A DNA stretch of 64,000 nucleotides, taken from Actinomycetota bacterium. GTDB taxonomy: Bacteria > Actinomycetota > Actinomycetes > Mycobacteriales > Mycobacteriaceae. The DNA lies in NCBI GenBank assembly GCA_034189785.1, contig JAXHUG010000025.1, forward strand, positions 4,447 through 68,446, read 5' to 3'. The notes beneath the pieces are model-generated. The model did no database searches, had not been told where the DNA came from, and saw nothing but the letters and a program-made list of their open reading frames with translations. Position numbers and translations under genes: made by a program. Shown here piece after piece: positions 52,410-64,000 of the stretch (the first letter of the stretch is position 1; each line of letters starts with the position of its first letter).

Positions 52410-55400
52410 GTGGGACCAGTGCCCAGCGGGCTGTACAACCCCGCGTACGAGCACGACTCGTGTGGAGTGGCGATGGTGGCCGACATGCGCGGGCGCCGCA
52501 GCCGCGACATCGTCGACAAGGCCATTACCGCCCTGCTCAACCTGGAGCACCGCGGTGCCCAGGGCGCCGAACCGAACACCGGCGACGGTGCGGGCATCCT
52601 GCTGCAGGTTCCCGACGGTTTCTTCCGCGCGGTCGTGGACTTCGATCTGCCCGAGCCGGGCAGCTACGCCACCGGCATCGCATTCCTGCCGCAGTCCTCC
52701 AGGGACGCCGCGACGGCCTGCGAGCAGGTGGAGAAGATCGCCGAGGCCGAGGGGCTGACGGTGCTCGGCTGGCGCGACGTGCCGACCGACGACTCCTCGC
52801 TCGGTGCACTGGCCCGCGACGCGATGCCCACGTTCCGCCAGGTCTTCCTGGCGGGGGCACAGGACATGGAGCTCGAGCGCCGCGCCTACGTGGTCCGAAA
52901 ACGCGCCAAGCACGAGCTGGGCACCAAGGGCCCGGGTCAGGACGGTCCGGGCCGGGAGACGGTCTACTTCCCGAGCCTGAGTGGTCAGACATTCGTCTAC
53001 AAGGGCATGCTGACCACCCCGCAGCTGCGGGCCTTCTACCTCGACCTGCAGGACGAGCGGCTGACCAGCGCGCTGGGCATCGTGCACTCCCGCTTCTCCA
53101 CCAACACCTTCCCGTCCTGGCCGCTGGCGCATCCCTTCCGCCGCGTCGCCCACAACGGTGAGATCAACACCGTCACCGGTAACGAGAACTGGATGCGGGC
53201 ACGCGAGTCGCTCATCAAAACCGACCTGTTCGGCACCCAGGCCGACCTCGACAAGATCATCCCGGTCTGCACGCCCGACGCCTCGGACACCGCCCGCTTC
53301 GACGAGGTGCTCGAACTGCTGCACCTCGGGGGCCGCAGCCTGCCGCACGCCGTGCTGATGATGATCCCCGAGGCGTGGGAACGCCACGAATCGATGGACC
53401 CGGCGCGACGGGACTTCTACCGCTACCACGCCTCACTCATGGAACCGTGGGACGGCCCGGCAGCGATGTGCTTCACCGACGGCACCGTGATCGGCGCCGT
53501 GCTCGACCGCAACGGCCTGCGCCCGTCGCGAATCTGGGTCACCGAGGATGGCCTGGTCGTCATGGCGTCGGAGGCCGGGGTACTCGACCTCGACCCGTCG
53601 ACCGTCGTGAAGAAGATGCGCCTGCAGCCCGGCCGCATGTTCCTGGTCGACACCGGGCAGGGCCGAATCGTCTCCGACGAGGAGATCAAGGCCGAACTCG
53701 CCGCCGAACACCCGTACGGTGAATGGCTCGAGGCCGGCTTGTTCCAGCTCGAGGAACTGCCGCCGGGTGACTACGTCCGGATGCCGCACCACCGGGTGGT
53801 GCTGCGCCAGCAGGCGTTCGGATACACCTACGAAGAGCTCAACCTGCTCATCGCCCCGATGGCACGCACCGGCGCCGAGCCGATCGGGTCGATGGGCACC
53901 GACACGCCCGTCGCCGTGCTCTCGCAGCGCCCGCGCATGCTGTTCGACTACTTCCAGCAGCTCTTCGCCCAGGTGACCAACCCGCCGCTGGACGCCATCC
54001 GTGAAGAGGTGGTGACCAGCCTGCAGGGCGTCATCGGCCCGGAGGGCGATCTGCTCAACCCGAGCGCCGAATCGTGCCGCCAGATCGTGCTGCCCCAGCC
54101 GATCCTGCGCAACGCCGAACTCTCCAAGCTGATCTGCGTCGACCCCGACCATGAGATCCGCGGCCACAGGCACGGCATGCGCGCGGCGGTGATCCGCTGC
54201 CTGTACCCGGTCAACCGGGGCGGACATGGGCTGCGCGAGGCGCTCGACAAGGTCCGTGCCGAGGTGTCGGCGGCCATCCGCGACGGGGCGCGCATCATCG
54301 TGCTCTCCGACCGCGAGTCCGACGAGCAGATGGCGCCGATCCCGTCCCTGCTGAGCGTGTCCGCGGTGCACCACCACCTGGTTCGGGAGCGCACCCGCAC
54401 CCAGGTCGGGCTCGTCGTCGAAGCCGGCGACGCCCGCGAAGTGCACCACATGGCCGCTCTGTGCGGTTTCGGCGCTACCGCCATCAACCCCTACATGGCG
54501 TTCGAGTCGATCGAGGACATGGTCGACAGAGGCATTCTCGGCGGCTCCGCCACCGATGGCGCCAGCGCCCTCACCAGCGACCAGGCCAAGGCCAACTACG
54601 TCAGGGCCGCGGATAAGGGCGTGCTGAAGGTGATGTCCAAGATGGGCATCTCGACGCTGGCCTCCTACACCGGCGCGCAGCTGTTCCAGGCCATCGGCAT
54701 CGACCAGAAGGTGCTCGACGAGTACTTCACTGGGTTGAACTGCCCGGTCGGCGGTATCGACCTCGACGACATCGCCGACGAGGTCGCCGCCCGCCACGCG
54801 CTGGCCTACCTCGACCGGCCCAACGAGCGGGCGCACCGCGAACTCGAGGTCGGCGGCGAGTACCAGTGGCGGCGGGAAGGGGAGTATCACCTCTTCAACC
54901 CGGACACGGTGTTCAAGCTGCAGCACTCCACCCGGACCGGTCAGTACTCGGTGTTCAAGGAGTACACTCAGCTCGTCGACGACCAGTCCGAGCGGATGGC
55001 CTCGCTGCGCGGCCTACTGAAGTTCAGAAATGGCGTGCGTCAACCGATTCCGATCGACGAGGTGGAACCCGCCAGCGAGATCGTCAAGCGGTTCTCCACC
55101 GGCGCGATGAGCTACGGCTCGATCTCGGCCGAGGCGCACGAGACGCTCGCGATCGCGATGAACCGCCTCGGCGGCCGGTCCAACTCGGGCGAGGGTGGCG
55201 AGGCCGTCTCCCGCTTCGACCGCGACGACAACGGCGACTGGCGGCGCAGCGCGATCAAGCAGGTCGCGTCGGGCCGCTTCGGGGTGACGAGCCACTACCT
55301 GAGCAACTGCACCGACATTCAGATCAAGATGGCGCAGGGCGCGAAACCCGGTGAGGGCGGGCAGCTTCCGGGTCACAAGGTCTACCCGTGGGTCGCCGAG

Positions 55401-57017
55401 GTGCGGCACTCCACACCGGGTGTCGGGCTGATCTCGCCGCCGCCGCACCACGACATCTACTCCATCGAGGATATCGCGCAGCTGATCCACGACCTGAAGA
55501 ACGCCAACCCGCAGGCCCGCGTGCACGTGAAGCTGGTCAGCGAGAACGGTGTCGGGACGGTCGCGGCGGGGGTCTCCAAGGCCCACGCCGACGTGGTGCT
55601 GATCTCCGGCCACGACGGCGGCACCGGCGCGACCCCGCTGACGTCGATGAAGCACGCGGGCGCGCCGTGGGAGCTGGGCCTGGCCGAGACGCAGCAGACG
55701 TTGCTGCTCAACGGTCTCCGCGACCGCATCGTGGTCCAGGTCGACGGTCAGCTCAAGACCGGCCGCGACGTGGTGATCGCCGCGTTGCTCGGCGCCGAGG
55801 AGTTCGGCTTCGCGACCGCGCCGCTGGTGGTCTCGGGCTGCGTCATGATGCGGGTCTGCCACCTCGACACCTGCCCCGTCGGCGTCGCCACCCAGAACCC
55901 GGTGCTGCGCGAGCGGTTCAACGGTAAGCCCGAGTTCGTCGAGAACTTCTTCATGTTCCTCGCCGAGGAAGTGCGCGAGACCATGGCGCAGTTGGGTTTC
56001 CGCACCGTCAACGAGATGGTCGGCCAGGTCGGCGTGCTCGACACCACGAAGGCGGCCGAGCACTGGAAGGCGCACAAGCTGGACCTGTCGCCGGTGCTGC
56101 ACGAGCCCGAGTCGGCGTTCATGAACCAGGACCTGTACTGCAGTTCGCGTCAGGACCACGGACTGGACAAGGCGCTCGACCAGCAGCTGATCGTGATGTG
56201 CCGGGAAGCACTGGATTCCGGCACGCCGGTCAAGTTCTCGACCACCATCGCCAACGTCAACCGCACGGTCGGCACCATGCTCGGTCACGAGGTGACCAAG
56301 GCGTATGGCGGCCAGGGACTCCCGGACGGCACGATCGACATCACGTTCGACGGTTCGGCAGGCAACAGCTTCGGCGCATTCGTCCCCAAGGGCATCACGC
56401 TACGCGTCTACGGCGATGCGAACGACTATGTGGGCAAGGGTCTCGCGGGCGGCCGGGTGGTGGTCCGTCCGGCCGAGAACGCCCCGGCCGACTACGTGGC
56501 CGAGGACAACATCATCGCGGGCAACGTGATCCTGTTCGGGGCGACCAGCGGTGAGATGTTCCTGCGCGGCCAGGTCGGGGAGCGCTTCGCGGTCCGCAAC
56601 TCCGGGGCCGTCGCCGTCGTCGAGGGTGTGGGCGACCACGGTTGCGAGTACATGACCGGTGGCAAGGTCGTCATCCTCGGCCCGACGGGCCTCAACTTCG
56701 CGGCCGGGATGTCCGGCGGAATGGCCTTCGTCTACGACCCCGTGGGCGAACTCCCCGACAACCTCAACGGCGAGATGGTGGAGCTCGACGCTCTCGACGA
56801 CGAGAACGTCTCGTGGCTGTACGGCATGCTGCAGGCCCACCTCGACGCCACGGATTCGGCGGTGGGACAACGCATCCTGAATAACTGGGAAGAAGAGTTG
56901 AAGTATTTCGTCAAGGTCATGCCGCGCGATTTCAAGCGTGTGCTGGCCGCAATCGCCGAGGCGGAACGCACCGGCGCCGACAAGGACGAGGCAATCATGG
57001 CGGCCGCAAGTGGCTGA
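52410..57017 (+). CDS. gltB: Glutamate synthase large subunit
   Basis: HDSCGV (catalytic Cys), [47 protein letters not shown]; 1535 aa. Confidence 0.98.
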   Translation: MGPVPSGLYNPAYEHDSCGVAMVADMRGRRSRDIVDKAITALLNLEHRGAQGAEPNTGDGAGILLQVPDGFFRAVVDFDLPEPGSYATGIAFLPQSSRDAATACEQVEKIAEAEGLTVLGWRDVPTDDSSLGALARDAMPTFRQVFLAGAQDMELERRAYVVRKRAKHELGTKGPGQDGPGRETVYFPSLSGQTFVYKGMLTTPQLRAFYLDLQDERLTSALGIVHSRFSTNTFPSWPLAHPFRRVAHNGEINTVTGNENWMRARESLIKTDLFGTQADLDKIIPVCTPDASDTARFDEVLELLHLGGRSLPHAVLMMIPEAWERHESMDPARRDFYRYHASLMEPWDGPAAMCFTDGTVIGAVLDRNGLRPSRIWVTEDGLVVMASEAGVLDLDPSTVVKKMRLQPGRMFLVDTGQGRIVSDEEIKAELAAEHPYGEWLEAGLFQLEELPPGDYVRMPHHRVVLRQQAFGYTYEELNLLIAPMARTGAEPIGSMGTDTPVAVLSQRPRMLFDYFQQLFAQVTNPPLDAIREEVVTSLQGVIGPEGDLLNPSAESCRQIVLPQPILRNAELSKLICVDPDHEIRGHRHGMRAAVIRCLYPVNRGGHGLREALDKVRAEVSAAIRDGARIIVLSDRESDEQMAPIPSLLSVSAVHHHLVRERTRTQVGLVVEAGDAREVHHMAALCGFGATAINPYMAFESIEDMVDRGILGGSATDGASALTSDQAKANYVRAADKGVLKVMSKMGISTLASYTGAQLFQAIGIDQKVLDEYFTGLNCPVGGIDLDDIADEVAARHALAYLDRPNERAHRELEVGGEYQWRREGEYHLFNPDTVFKLQHSTRTGQYSVFKEYTQLVDDQSERMASLRGLLKFRNGVRQPIPIDEVEPASEIVKRFSTGAMSYGSISAEAHETLAIAMNRLGGRSNSGEGGEAVSRFDRDDNGDWRRSAIKQVASGRFGVTSHYLSNCTDIQIKMAQGAKPGEGGQLPGHKVYPWVAEVRHSTPGVGLISPPPHHDIYSIEDIAQLIHDLKNANPQARVHVKLVSENGVGTVAAGVSKAHADVVLISGHDGGTGATPLTSMKHAGAPWELGLAETQQTLLLNGLRDRIVVQVDGQLKTGRDVVIAALLGAEEFGFATAPLVVSGCVMMRVCHLDTCPVGVATQNPVLRERFNGKPEFVENFFMFLAEEVRETMAQLGFRTVNEMVGQVGVLDTTKAAEHWKAHKLDLSPVLHEPESAFMNQDLYCSSRQDHGLDKALDQQLIVMCREALDSGTPVKFSTTIANVNRTVGTMLGHEVTKAYGGQGLPDGTIDITFDGSAGNSFGAFVPKGITLRVYGDANDYVGKGLAGGRVVVRPAENAPADYVAEDNIIAGNVILFGATSGEMFLRGQVGERFAVRNSGAVAVVEGVGDHGCEYMTGGKVVILGPTGLNFAAGMSGGMAFVYDPVGELPDNLNGEMVELDALDDENVSWLYGMLQAHLDATDSAVGQRILNNWEEELKYFVKVMPRDFKRVLAAIAEAERTGADKDEAIMAAASG

Positions 57018-58479
57018 TCCGCGCGGCTTTCTCAAGTACACCCATCGGGAACTCCCGTCGCGTCGGCCGGTGCCGCTGCGCCTGCGCGACTGGAAAGAGG
57101 TCTACGAGGACTTCTCCCACGATACGCTGCAGACCCAGGCAGTCCGCTGCATGGATTGCGGGATCCCGTTCTGCCACAACGGGTGTCCGCTGGGGAACCT
57201 GATTCCCGAGTGGAACGACCTGGTCTTCAAGGACCGGTGGCGCGACGCGATCGAGCGCCTGCACGCGACCAACAACTTCCCGGAGTTCACCGGGCGGCTG
57301 TGCCCGGCGCCGTGCGAGGCCTCGTGTGTGCTCGGCATCAACCAGGACGCGGTCACCATCAAGCAGATCGAGGTCGAGATCATCGACAACGCCTTCGACG
57401 AGGGCTGGGTCGTGCCGCTCCCGCCGGATTGGCTGACCGGCAAGAAGGTCGCCGTCGTCGGCTCCGGCCCGGCCGGGCTGGCCGCCGCCCAGCAGCTCAC
57501 CCGCGCCGGTCACACCGTGACTGTGTTCGAACGCGCCGATCGGATCGGCGGCCTGCTTCGCTACGGCATTCCCGAGTTCAAGATGGAGAAGCGCCACATC
57601 GACCGCCGGCTCGAACAGATGGAGGCCGAAGGCACTCGGTTCCGCACCGGCGTCAACGTCGGCGTCGCCATCAGCGTCGCGCAGCTGCGTTCGGAATTCG
57701 ACGCGGTGGTGCTCGCCGGCGGTGCGACCGCATGGCGTGATCTGCCGATCCCCGGCCGCGAGTTCGACGGCATCCATCAGGCGATGGAGTTCCTGCCGTG
57801 GGCCAACCGCGTCCAGCTTGGCGATCCGGTGACCGACGAGGACGGCCAGCCGCCGATCACCGCGAAGGACAAGAGGGTCGTCATCATCGGTGGCGGCGAC
57901 ACCGGCGCGGACTGCCTGGGCACCTCCCACCGGCAGGGTGCGGCGAGCGTCTACCAGTTCGAGATCATGCCGCGGCCGCCGGAGACGCGGGCCGACAGCA
58001 CCCCGTGGCCGACCTATCCCCTGGTGTTCCGGGTTTCCCCGGCGCACGAGGAGGGCGGTGAGCGGGTCTTCTCGGTCAACACCGAGGAGTTCTGCGGCGA
58101 CGAGAACGGCCACGTGAGGTCGCTCAAGGTGCACGAGGTCGCGATGAAGGCCGGCACGTTCGAGAAGATCGAGGGTTCGGACTTCGAGCTGGAGGCCGAT
58201 CTGGTGCTGCTCGCCATGGGCTTCGTCGGGCCGGAGAAAGACGGCCTGCTGACCGACCTCAAGGTGGAGCTGACCGACCGCGGCAACGTCGCCCGTGACG
58301 ACAACTTCGCGACCTCGGTGCCCGGCGTGTTCGTGGCCGGCGACATGGGCCGCGGACAGTCGCTGATCGTCTGGGCGATCGCCGAGGGGCGGGCGGCCGC
58401 CGCGGGTGTCGACCGGTACCTGATGGGTAAGAGCGCGCTGCCGGCTCCGATCAGGCCGACGGCGGTTCCGCAGCGCTGA
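57010..58479 (+). CDS. gltD: Glutamate synthase small subunit
   Basis: [49 protein letters not shown]. Confidence 0.97.
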   Translation: MADPRGFLKYTHRELPSRRPVPLRLRDWKEVYEDFSHDTLQTQAVRCMDCGIPFCHNGCPLGNLIPEWNDLVFKDRWRDAIERLHATNNFPEFTGRLCPAPCEASCVLGINQDAVTIKQIEVEIIDNAFDEGWVVPLPPDWLTGKKVAVVGSGPAGLAAAQQLTRAGHTVTVFERADRIGGLLRYGIPEFKMEKRHIDRRLEQMEAEGTRFRTGVNVGVAISVAQLRSEFDAVVLAGGATAWRDLPIPGREFDGIHQAMEFLPWANRVQLGDPVTDEDGQPPITAKDKRVVIIGGGDTGADCLGTSHRQGAASVYQFEIMPRPPETRADSTPWPTYPLVFRVSPAHEEGGERVFSVNTEEFCGDENGHVRSLKVHEVAMKAGTFEKIEGSDFELEADLVLLAMGFVGPEKDGLLTDLKVELTDRGNVARDDNFATSVPGVFVAGDMGRGQSLIVWAIAEGRAAAAGVDRYLMGKSALPAPIRPTAVPQR

Positions 58480-58545
58480 CGCGCCGCCGGCGGCACAGTC
58501 GGAGTTCGGACCGCAGCACCCCGACCACACCGATCACGTCCGCCA

Positions 58546-58564
58546 CACCCCGAAACTCGGGGTG
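58546..58564 (+). terminator. Hairpin downstream of gltD
   Basis: caccccga-aac-tcggggtg, 8-bp stem with no U-tract. Confidence 0.45.
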
Positions 58565-58639
58565 GTGTCGTCGGCGCGCCTCGTGGCGTTTGCCGCGGGG
58601 GCGAACTCTAATGACCCGATGTGGGTTTCGCGATACTGT

Positions 58640-58684
58640 GGCCCACGATCAGCAGGCCCACGATCAGCAGGCCCACGATCAGCA
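58640..58684. repeat. Perfect 15-bp tandem repeat x3
   Basis: ggcccacgatcagca three times. Confidence 0.95.
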
Positions 58685-58710
58685 ATTGAGTTACCGCAGG
58701 AGTGATCACT

Positions 58711-58851
58711 GTGTACATCAACCCTATGTCCCGGTCATGGGCGGGTCGAATCGCCTGGTCATTGTTCCGTCACCCCGTCAAGAGCCGCGAGTTCCCCGCC
58801 AAGAACGAACGGCTCATCACCGCCGCCGAACTGGTGCGCTACGGCGTCTAG
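58711..58851 (+). CDS. Small protein of 46 aa (below the ORF-track cutoff)
   Basis: RBS AGGAG 8 nt before GTG; reads MYINPMSRSWAGRIAWSLFRHPVKSREFPAKNERLITAAELVRYGV*; mostly G/C third positions. Confidence 0.55.
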   Translation: MYINPMSRSWAGRIAWSLFRHPVKSREFPAKNERLITAAELVRYGV

Positions 58852-58916
58852 CTAATCTAAGCGGTGGACCGCTGGGCAGGTGGTCGGCGCACTCCGCCCC
58901 TGCATTCTGCTTGACG

Positions 58917-59774
58917 TTACGCTTTCGTGACCCTCAGCCCGGAGTCCCTGATCGCCTCCGCGAGCGGTTCCAGCACCGCGGTGTCGTACGGCGACGGCAG
59001 GTACACGATCGCGAGGTCGAGACCCTCGGCGCCGAGCGCCGCCGCCTCGTCGACCACCTTCGCGTAGTCTCGGTCCGCGCCGAGCCGGACGTGCGCCGAG
59101 AGCATGATCTCCCTGGGATCGCGACCGATGTCCGCGCAGTGCGAGGCCAGCACGTCGCGCTTGCGGGCGAACTCCTCGGGCGGTCCGCCCACGTAGTTCC
59201 AGTGCTGCGCCCAGCGGGCGGTGCTGCGCAGCGTCCGCTTCTCGCCGCTGCCCCCTATGCAGATCGGCGGATGCGGCTGCTGGGGACCCTTCGGCTCGTT
59301 GCGCGCATCCTTGAGCCGGTAGTACTTCCCGTCGAAGCTCGTCGTCTCCTGGGACAGCAGGCCGGTCAGCACCTCACAGGCCTCTTCGAAGCGGTCGAAC
59401 CGCTCCCTGACCGAGCCGAGCTCGATGCCGTAGGCACCCGACTCCTCTTCATTCCAGCCGGCGCCGATGCCGAGTTCGAGCCGGCCGTTCGAGACGATGT
59501 CGAGGGCAGAGGCCATGTTGGCCAGGACCGCGGGATGGCGGTAGTGGATGCCGGTGACGAGCACCCCGACGCGTAACCGATTGGTGGCCTGCGCCAATGC
59601 GGTCAGGGTGATCCAGCCCTCCAGGCAGGGGCCGGTCGGATCGGAGAAGATCGGATAGAAGTGGTCGAACGTCCAGCCCGACTCGTAGACGTCGATGTCG
59701 TCGGCGGTCTGCCAGATCGGCAGCATCTCGGCCCAGGTGGTGTTCTGCGGTGAGGTCTTGAAGGCGAATCGCAC
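58917..59774 (-). CDS. LLM-class F420-dependent oxidoreductase
   Basis: GWTFDHFYPI, LEGWITLTALA, LELGIGAGW, PPICIGGSGEKRTL. Confidence 0.9.
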   Translation of the reverse strand: MRFAFKTSPQNTTWAEMLPIWQTADDIDVYESGWTFDHFYPIFSDPTGPCLEGWITLTALAQATNRLRVGVLVTGIHYRHPAVLANMASALDIVSNGRLELGIGAGWNEEESGAYGIELGSVRERFDRFEEACEVLTGLLSQETTSFDGKYYRLKDARNEPKGPQQPHPPICIGGSGEKRTLRSTARWAQHWNYVGGPPEEFARKRDVLASHCADIGRDPREIMLSAHVRLGADRDYAKVVDEAAALGAEGLDLAIVYLPSPYDTAVLEPLAEAIRDSGLRVTKA

Positions 59775-59958
59775 GTCCACCGACGGTAGTCCGGTTCCCC
59801 GGAAGCGCACGATGAAATCGGCGCCGACCGGTGGTCAGTATCGCCATGGAGGATTCGACCGACGCACGGCGCACAAGGAGTTCGGACCGCTGACCGACAC
59901 CGCAGGCTCAACGGCCGCGACCCCCGGGTGGAGTCCGCGCTGCGGGCACACTGGGGAC

Positions 59959-60963
59959 ATGGACCCCGTGACCGCGCTGCGCCGGATCGCGTACTACAAG
60001 GACCGTGCCCGCGAGGACACCCGACCGGTGATGGCCTACCGCAACGCCGCCGACATCGTGGAGCGGCTCACCGAAGCCGAACGTGACCGCCACGGCGTCG
60101 CCGACTCGTGGCAGTCGCTGCCCGGTATCGGGCCCAAGACGGCGAAGGTGATCGCGCAGGCGTGGGCCGGCCGCGAGCCCGACGTGCTCGTCGAATTGCG
60201 GGAGAACGCAGTCGATCTCGGCGGCGGTGAGATCCGCGCGGCGCTCAAGGGCGATCTGCACGTGCACTCCAACTGGTCGGATGGTTCGGCGCCGATCGAG
60301 GAGATGATGCTCGCCGCCCGCGACCTGGGGCACGAGTACTGCGTGTTGACCGACCACTCACCGCGGTTGACCATCGCCAACGGACTGTCCCCGGACCGGC
60401 TGCGCAAACAGCTCGACGTCATCGACGACCTTCGGGAAAGCGTCGCGCCCCTTCGCATTCTGACCGGGATTGAAGTCGACATCCTCGAGGACGGCTCCCT
60501 CGATCAAGAGGAGGACCTGCTCGAGCGTCTCGACGTGGTGGTTGCCAGCGTGCACTCCAAACTGGCGATGGATGCGCCGGCGATGACACGCCGTATGCTC
60601 AAGGCCGTCGCCAACCCGCACACCGACGTGCTCGGCCACTGCACCGGGCGGTTGGTCACCGGCAACCGCGGTATCCGGCCGGAGTCGACATTCGACGCCG
60701 AGAAGGTGTTCACCGCGTGCCGCGCCAACGGTACCGCCGTCGAGATCAACTCCCGCCCCGAACGGCGGGATCCACCCACCCGGTTGTTGAAGCTCGCGCT
60801 CGAGATCGGTTGCGTGTTCTCGGTCGACACCGATTCGCACGCGCCGGGTCAGCTGGACTTCCTCGGCTATGGCGCACAGCGGGCGCTGGACGCCGGGGTG
60901 CCCGTGGAGCGGATCGTCAACACCTGGCCGGCCGACGATCTGCTGGCGTGGACCACCTCGTGA
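59959..60963 (+). CDS. PHP-domain protein with PolX-like N-terminal HhH (Rv3856c-like)
   Basis: LPGIGPKTA HhH; GDLHVHSNWSDGS, TDHSP, GIEVDI, VHS, LGHCTGR, DTDSH. Confidence 0.88.
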   Translation: MDPVTALRRIAYYKDRAREDTRPVMAYRNAADIVERLTEAERDRHGVADSWQSLPGIGPKTAKVIAQAWAGREPDVLVELRENAVDLGGGEIRAALKGDLHVHSNWSDGSAPIEEMMLAARDLGHEYCVLTDHSPRLTIANGLSPDRLRKQLDVIDDLRESVAPLRILTGIEVDILEDGSLDQEEDLLERLDVVVASVHSKLAMDAPAMTRRMLKAVANPHTDVLGHCTGRLVTGNRGIRPESTFDAEKVFTACRANGTAVEINSRPERRDPPTRLLKLALEIGCVFSVDTDSHAPGQLDFLGYGAQRALDAGVPVERIVNTWPADDLLAWTTS

Positions 60964-60986
60964 AATCCCACCTGGCGGTCCGCCGC

Positions 60987-61011
60987 GTTTAACCACCCGT
61001 GCGGTAGGGAA
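60987..61011 (+). promoter_or_regulatory. SigF-type promoter of the catalase gene
   Basis: GTTT-N16-GGGAA upstream of katE. Confidence 0.58.
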
Positions 61012-61082
61012 AGGCGGGGGACGCGTGACGAGGGGCCGTTTCGGCGGCCCCGGACGCCGACCGAGCTGACGAAGGGGACCTC

Positions 61083-63317
61083 ATGGCCCAAGATCGCGGA
61101 GCCACAGAAACCATCAAGAGCGTCGTCAAGGACGCCAAGGACAAGATCGTAGAAGCCGCCGAGCGGATGCAGCAGCACAGCCCGAGCTACATCCCGGGCG
61201 CACCCGGACCGGAGAAACCGTCCTTCGACGAGCCGACCGCCCCGCGGGAGCCGCTGCCGCCCAAACCGGATCAGGGTGGACCCGATCTCCGCACGGCCAC
61301 CGGCCTTCCCGTCGGCGGTGGACAGACCGCGCGCGGGCAGCAGGGCGAGTACCTCACCACCGCACAAGGCGCGCGGCTGTACGACACCGACCACTCGCTC
61401 AAGGCCGGCAAACGCGGGCCGACGCTGCTGCAGGACCACCACCTGCGGGAGAAGATCACCCATTTCGACCACGAGCGCATCCCGGAACGCGTGGTGCACG
61501 CCCGCGGCGCCGCGGCCCACGGCGTGTTCCGCGGTAACGGTGCCGGCGAGAAGATCTGCAAGGCAGGCTTCCTCAAGTCCGGTTCGGAAACCGATGTGTT
61601 CGTCCGCTTCTCGACGGTGCTCGGATCGCGCGGATCGGCCGACACGGTCCGCGACACCCGCGGATTCGCCACCAAGTTCTATACCGACGAGGGCACGTTC
61701 GACCTCGTCGGCAACAACATCCCGGTGTTCTTCATCCAGGACGGCATCAAGTTCCCGGACATCATCCACGCTGGTAAGCCGCATCCGGACCGCGAGATTC
61801 CGCAGGCCCAGAGCGCGCACGACACCTTCTGGGACTTCGTGTCCCTGCACACCGAAGCCTCCGCGCACACGATGTGGAACATGTCCGACCGGGGTATTCC
61901 GCGGTCCTACCGGATGATGGAAGGCTTCGGCGTTCACACCTTCCGGCTGACCGGGCCGGACGGTTCTACGTCGCTGGTGAAGTTCCACTGGAAGCCGCGT
62001 CTGGGTGTGCATTCGCTGGTCTGGGAAGAGGCGCAGATCGCCGCGGGGATGGATCCGGACCTGCACCGCCGCGACCTGGCGGACGCGATCGAGAAGGGTG
62101 CCTATCCCGAGTGGGAACTCGGTGTGCAGGTGATGCCCGACAACCCGGATCAGGTGTTCGAGGGCATCGATCTGCTCGACCCGACGAAGATCGTACCCGA
62201 GGAGCTCGCCCCGGTTCAGGTGATCGGCACCATGCAGCTCAACCGCAACCCCACCAACTTCTTCGCCGAGACCGAACAGGTGGCGTTCCACCCGGGCCAT
62301 CTGGTGCCCGGTATCGACGTCACCGACGACCCGCTCCTGCAGGCGCGGTTGTTCTCGTACCTCGACACGCAGCTCACCCGGCTGGGCGGACCGAACTTCG
62401 GTCACATCCCGATCAACCGGCCGCACGCACCCGTCAACGACATGGTGCGCGACGGGTTCCACCAGCACGGCGTGCACCCGGGTGCCGCGCCGTACCGGCC
62501 GAACTCGCTCGACGGGGGATGCCCGTTCCTCGCGGGCGCGGACACCGGTGCGTTCATCGAGGCGCCCGCCGTCGTCGCCGAGTCGACGAAGGTCCGTGAC
62601 GCACCGGCCTCGTACGACGACCACTTCTCGCAGGTGGCGATGTTCTACCGGAGCCTGAGCCCGGTCGAGCAGACCCACGTGGCTGAGGCCTACACCTTCG
62701 AGCTGGGCAAGTGCTACGAGCAGACGGTCAAAGAACGCCAGCTTTCCGTCCTGGCCAAGATCGACGCAGAACTGTGCGCGACGGTGGCCGCGGGTCTGGG
62801 CCTTGAACCGCCCGCACCCCCCGTCACCCCGGCCGAGCCGGCGGTGCTCAGCCCGGCGGTGTCACAGGTGGGCAAGAGCTGGCCGGTGGAGGGCCGCAAC
62901 ATCGGCATCCTCACCGGACCGGACTCCGACAACGGCGTGGTGAGGGCTGTGGTCGAGGCGCTGGGGGCGGCGAAACTGGTACCCCTGGTGATCGCCCCGC
63001 ACGGCGGGACCCTCGACCACGAGAGTGGCAGCATCCCGGTCTCGCGCACGTACGCGACCGCGCGTTCGATCGAGTTCGACGGCCTCGTCCTCGCCGGCTC
63101 GCCCGCCACCGTGCAGGCGAAGATCCTCGTCGACGAAGCGTTCCGGCACTTCAAGACGCTCGGCGTGCTCCCGCACGGGTCGGATCTGCTCGCCTCGTCC
63201 GGCGTCCGCACCGCTTCCGAGGGCGTACTCAGCGCGTCGGACCCCGCGGGCCTGACGGTGTCGCTGATCGAGAGCCTCGGCGCACATCGGGTGTGGGGGC
63301 GCGCCGTCCCCGCCTGA
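61083..63317 (+). CDS. katE: Large-subunit monofunctional catalase (HPII) with C-terminal GATase-like domain
   Basis: [36 protein letters not shown]; 744 aa. Confidence 0.95.
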   Translation: MAQDRGATETIKSVVKDAKDKIVEAAERMQQHSPSYIPGAPGPEKPSFDEPTAPREPLPPKPDQGGPDLRTATGLPVGGGQTARGQQGEYLTTAQGARLYDTDHSLKAGKRGPTLLQDHHLREKITHFDHERIPERVVHARGAAAHGVFRGNGAGEKICKAGFLKSGSETDVFVRFSTVLGSRGSADTVRDTRGFATKFYTDEGTFDLVGNNIPVFFIQDGIKFPDIIHAGKPHPDREIPQAQSAHDTFWDFVSLHTEASAHTMWNMSDRGIPRSYRMMEGFGVHTFRLTGPDGSTSLVKFHWKPRLGVHSLVWEEAQIAAGMDPDLHRRDLADAIEKGAYPEWELGVQVMPDNPDQVFEGIDLLDPTKIVPEELAPVQVIGTMQLNRNPTNFFAETEQVAFHPGHLVPGIDVTDDPLLQARLFSYLDTQLTRLGGPNFGHIPINRPHAPVNDMVRDGFHQHGVHPGAAPYRPNSLDGGCPFLAGADTGAFIEAPAVVAESTKVRDAPASYDDHFSQVAMFYRSLSPVEQTHVAEAYTFELGKCYEQTVKERQLSVLAKIDAELCATVAAGLGLEPPAPPVTPAEPAVLSPAVSQVGKSWPVEGRNIGILTGPDSDNGVVRAVVEALGAAKLVPLVIAPHGGTLDHESGSIPVSRTYATARSIEFDGLVLAGSPATVQAKILVDEAFRHFKTLGVLPHGSDLLASSGVRTASEGVLSASDPAGLTVSLIESLGAHRVWGRAVPA

Positions 63318-63469
63318 TGATCGGTCCGGCAGCATCGGCATCTCCAATCCCCGGATCGCGCCCGGGCAGCACCCCGCGGGTGACCGCCGCGTTGCCGTAG
63401 GGTGCTGGCCTGAGCCTGACCTCGAGCCGGAGCCGACACGGCCACATGTTCGCATGAAAGTCCGACGTG

Positions 63470-64000
63470 TCAGCGGCGTTCCCCGTACACCGCACACGTC
63501 CACACGTGCACCAGGGAGTCGAGGACCCGGTCGGGCGCGATACCGGGTGTCTCGGCGGCGAACGCCGCCAGCAGGGTGCGCTCGTTCATCAAGTTGAGCG
63601 CCGTGGCGATGTCGTGGGCGGGCAGCGTGTGCGGGGCCGCCCCGCGCCTGCGTTCGGCCTCGATGGTTGCCGCGGTGAAATCGATCCACTTCTGCATGAA
63701 CTTCGCGAAGACGTCGCGGACCTCGGCGTTGCCGGATCCGGATGCCGCGACGGTGACGCCTCGGTGGGCGCCGAACGTATCGAAGAACACCTTGATGCCT
63801 GGCCGCCACACGTCCTGCAACGTCGCGTTGGACGCGGCGTTCTCGAGCGCCGCATCGGCCTCCCGGATGACCCGCTCCCACAGCGTCAGCAGCACCGCTT
63901 CCTTGGAGCCGAAATAGAAGTAGAAGGTCGGGCGGGAGATACCCGCACCCTTGGCCAGGTCGTCGACGGAGATCTCGGCGAACGGGCGCACGTCGAGTAG
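63470..64000 (-). CDS. ethR: TetR-family repressor EthR-like (5' end outside the window)
   Basis: ISVDDLAKGAGISRPTFYFYF.SKEAVLLTL...FMQKWI...ALNLMNERT...HVW..VYGE. Confidence 0.88.
   Translation of the reverse strand, partial: LLDVRPFAEISVDDLAKGAGISRPTFYFYFGSKEAVLLTLWERVIREADAALENAASNATLQDVWRPGIKVFFDTFGAHRGVTVAASGSGNAEVRDVFAKFMQKWIDFTAATIEAERRRGAAPHTLPAHDIATALNLMNERTLLAAFAAETPGIAPDRVLDSLVHVWTCAVYGERR

Noticed and set aside
59959-60963. PHP protein as a novel DNA polymerase X or defence nuclease
   Set aside because: It lacks the PolX catalytic core and is the conserved Rv3856c-type housekeeping gene in its usual neighbourhood.
63318-63469. Intergenic DNA between katE and ethR as a gene remnant
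   Set aside because: No recognisable motif in any frame.

Overview
High-GC mycobacterial chromosome segment, most consistent with a rapid-growing Mycolicibacterium. Gene order resembles the treS-msrA-dps-gltBD-ethR region of M. smegmatis; the species cannot be fixed without a search. In order, it holds: a six-gene mce1-like set (mceA-F) with no yrbE permeases, preceded by an IS3-family stub and a LuxR regulator; an RsbW-like protein; a rhomboid protease; MmpL; a DMT transporter; F420/flavin split-barrel proteins; an ABC importer; pyrE; treS-mak; two acyl-CoA dehydrogenases; glgX; pncA; the methylmannose polysaccharide (MMP) cluster (manT-meT3-mmpH / meT1) with a TetR gene; msrA; an isorenieratene-type carotenoid operon; an AlkA-like glycosylase; dps; three small secreted-protein genes; gltBD; an LLM-F420 oxidoreductase; a PHP protein; catalase HPII; and ethR (partial). 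Three patterns were read directly from the sequence. (1) About a dozen genes are collapsed by internal deletions and frameshifts (moxR/DUF58/vWA operon, amidase, VOC, epimerase, alpha/beta hydrolase, acyl-CoA dehydrogenase, terC, msrB, probably crtE), which points to ongoing reductive evolution. (2) The same 12-bp palindromic operator core sits at the manT promoter and at the meT1/tetR divergence, suggesting a dedicated repressor of MMP biosynthesis. (3) SigF-type promoters lie upstream of known stress genes and of uncharacterised small acidic proteins. No rRNA, tRNA or CRISPR array was seen. All family calls are by motif recognition from memory, not by database search.
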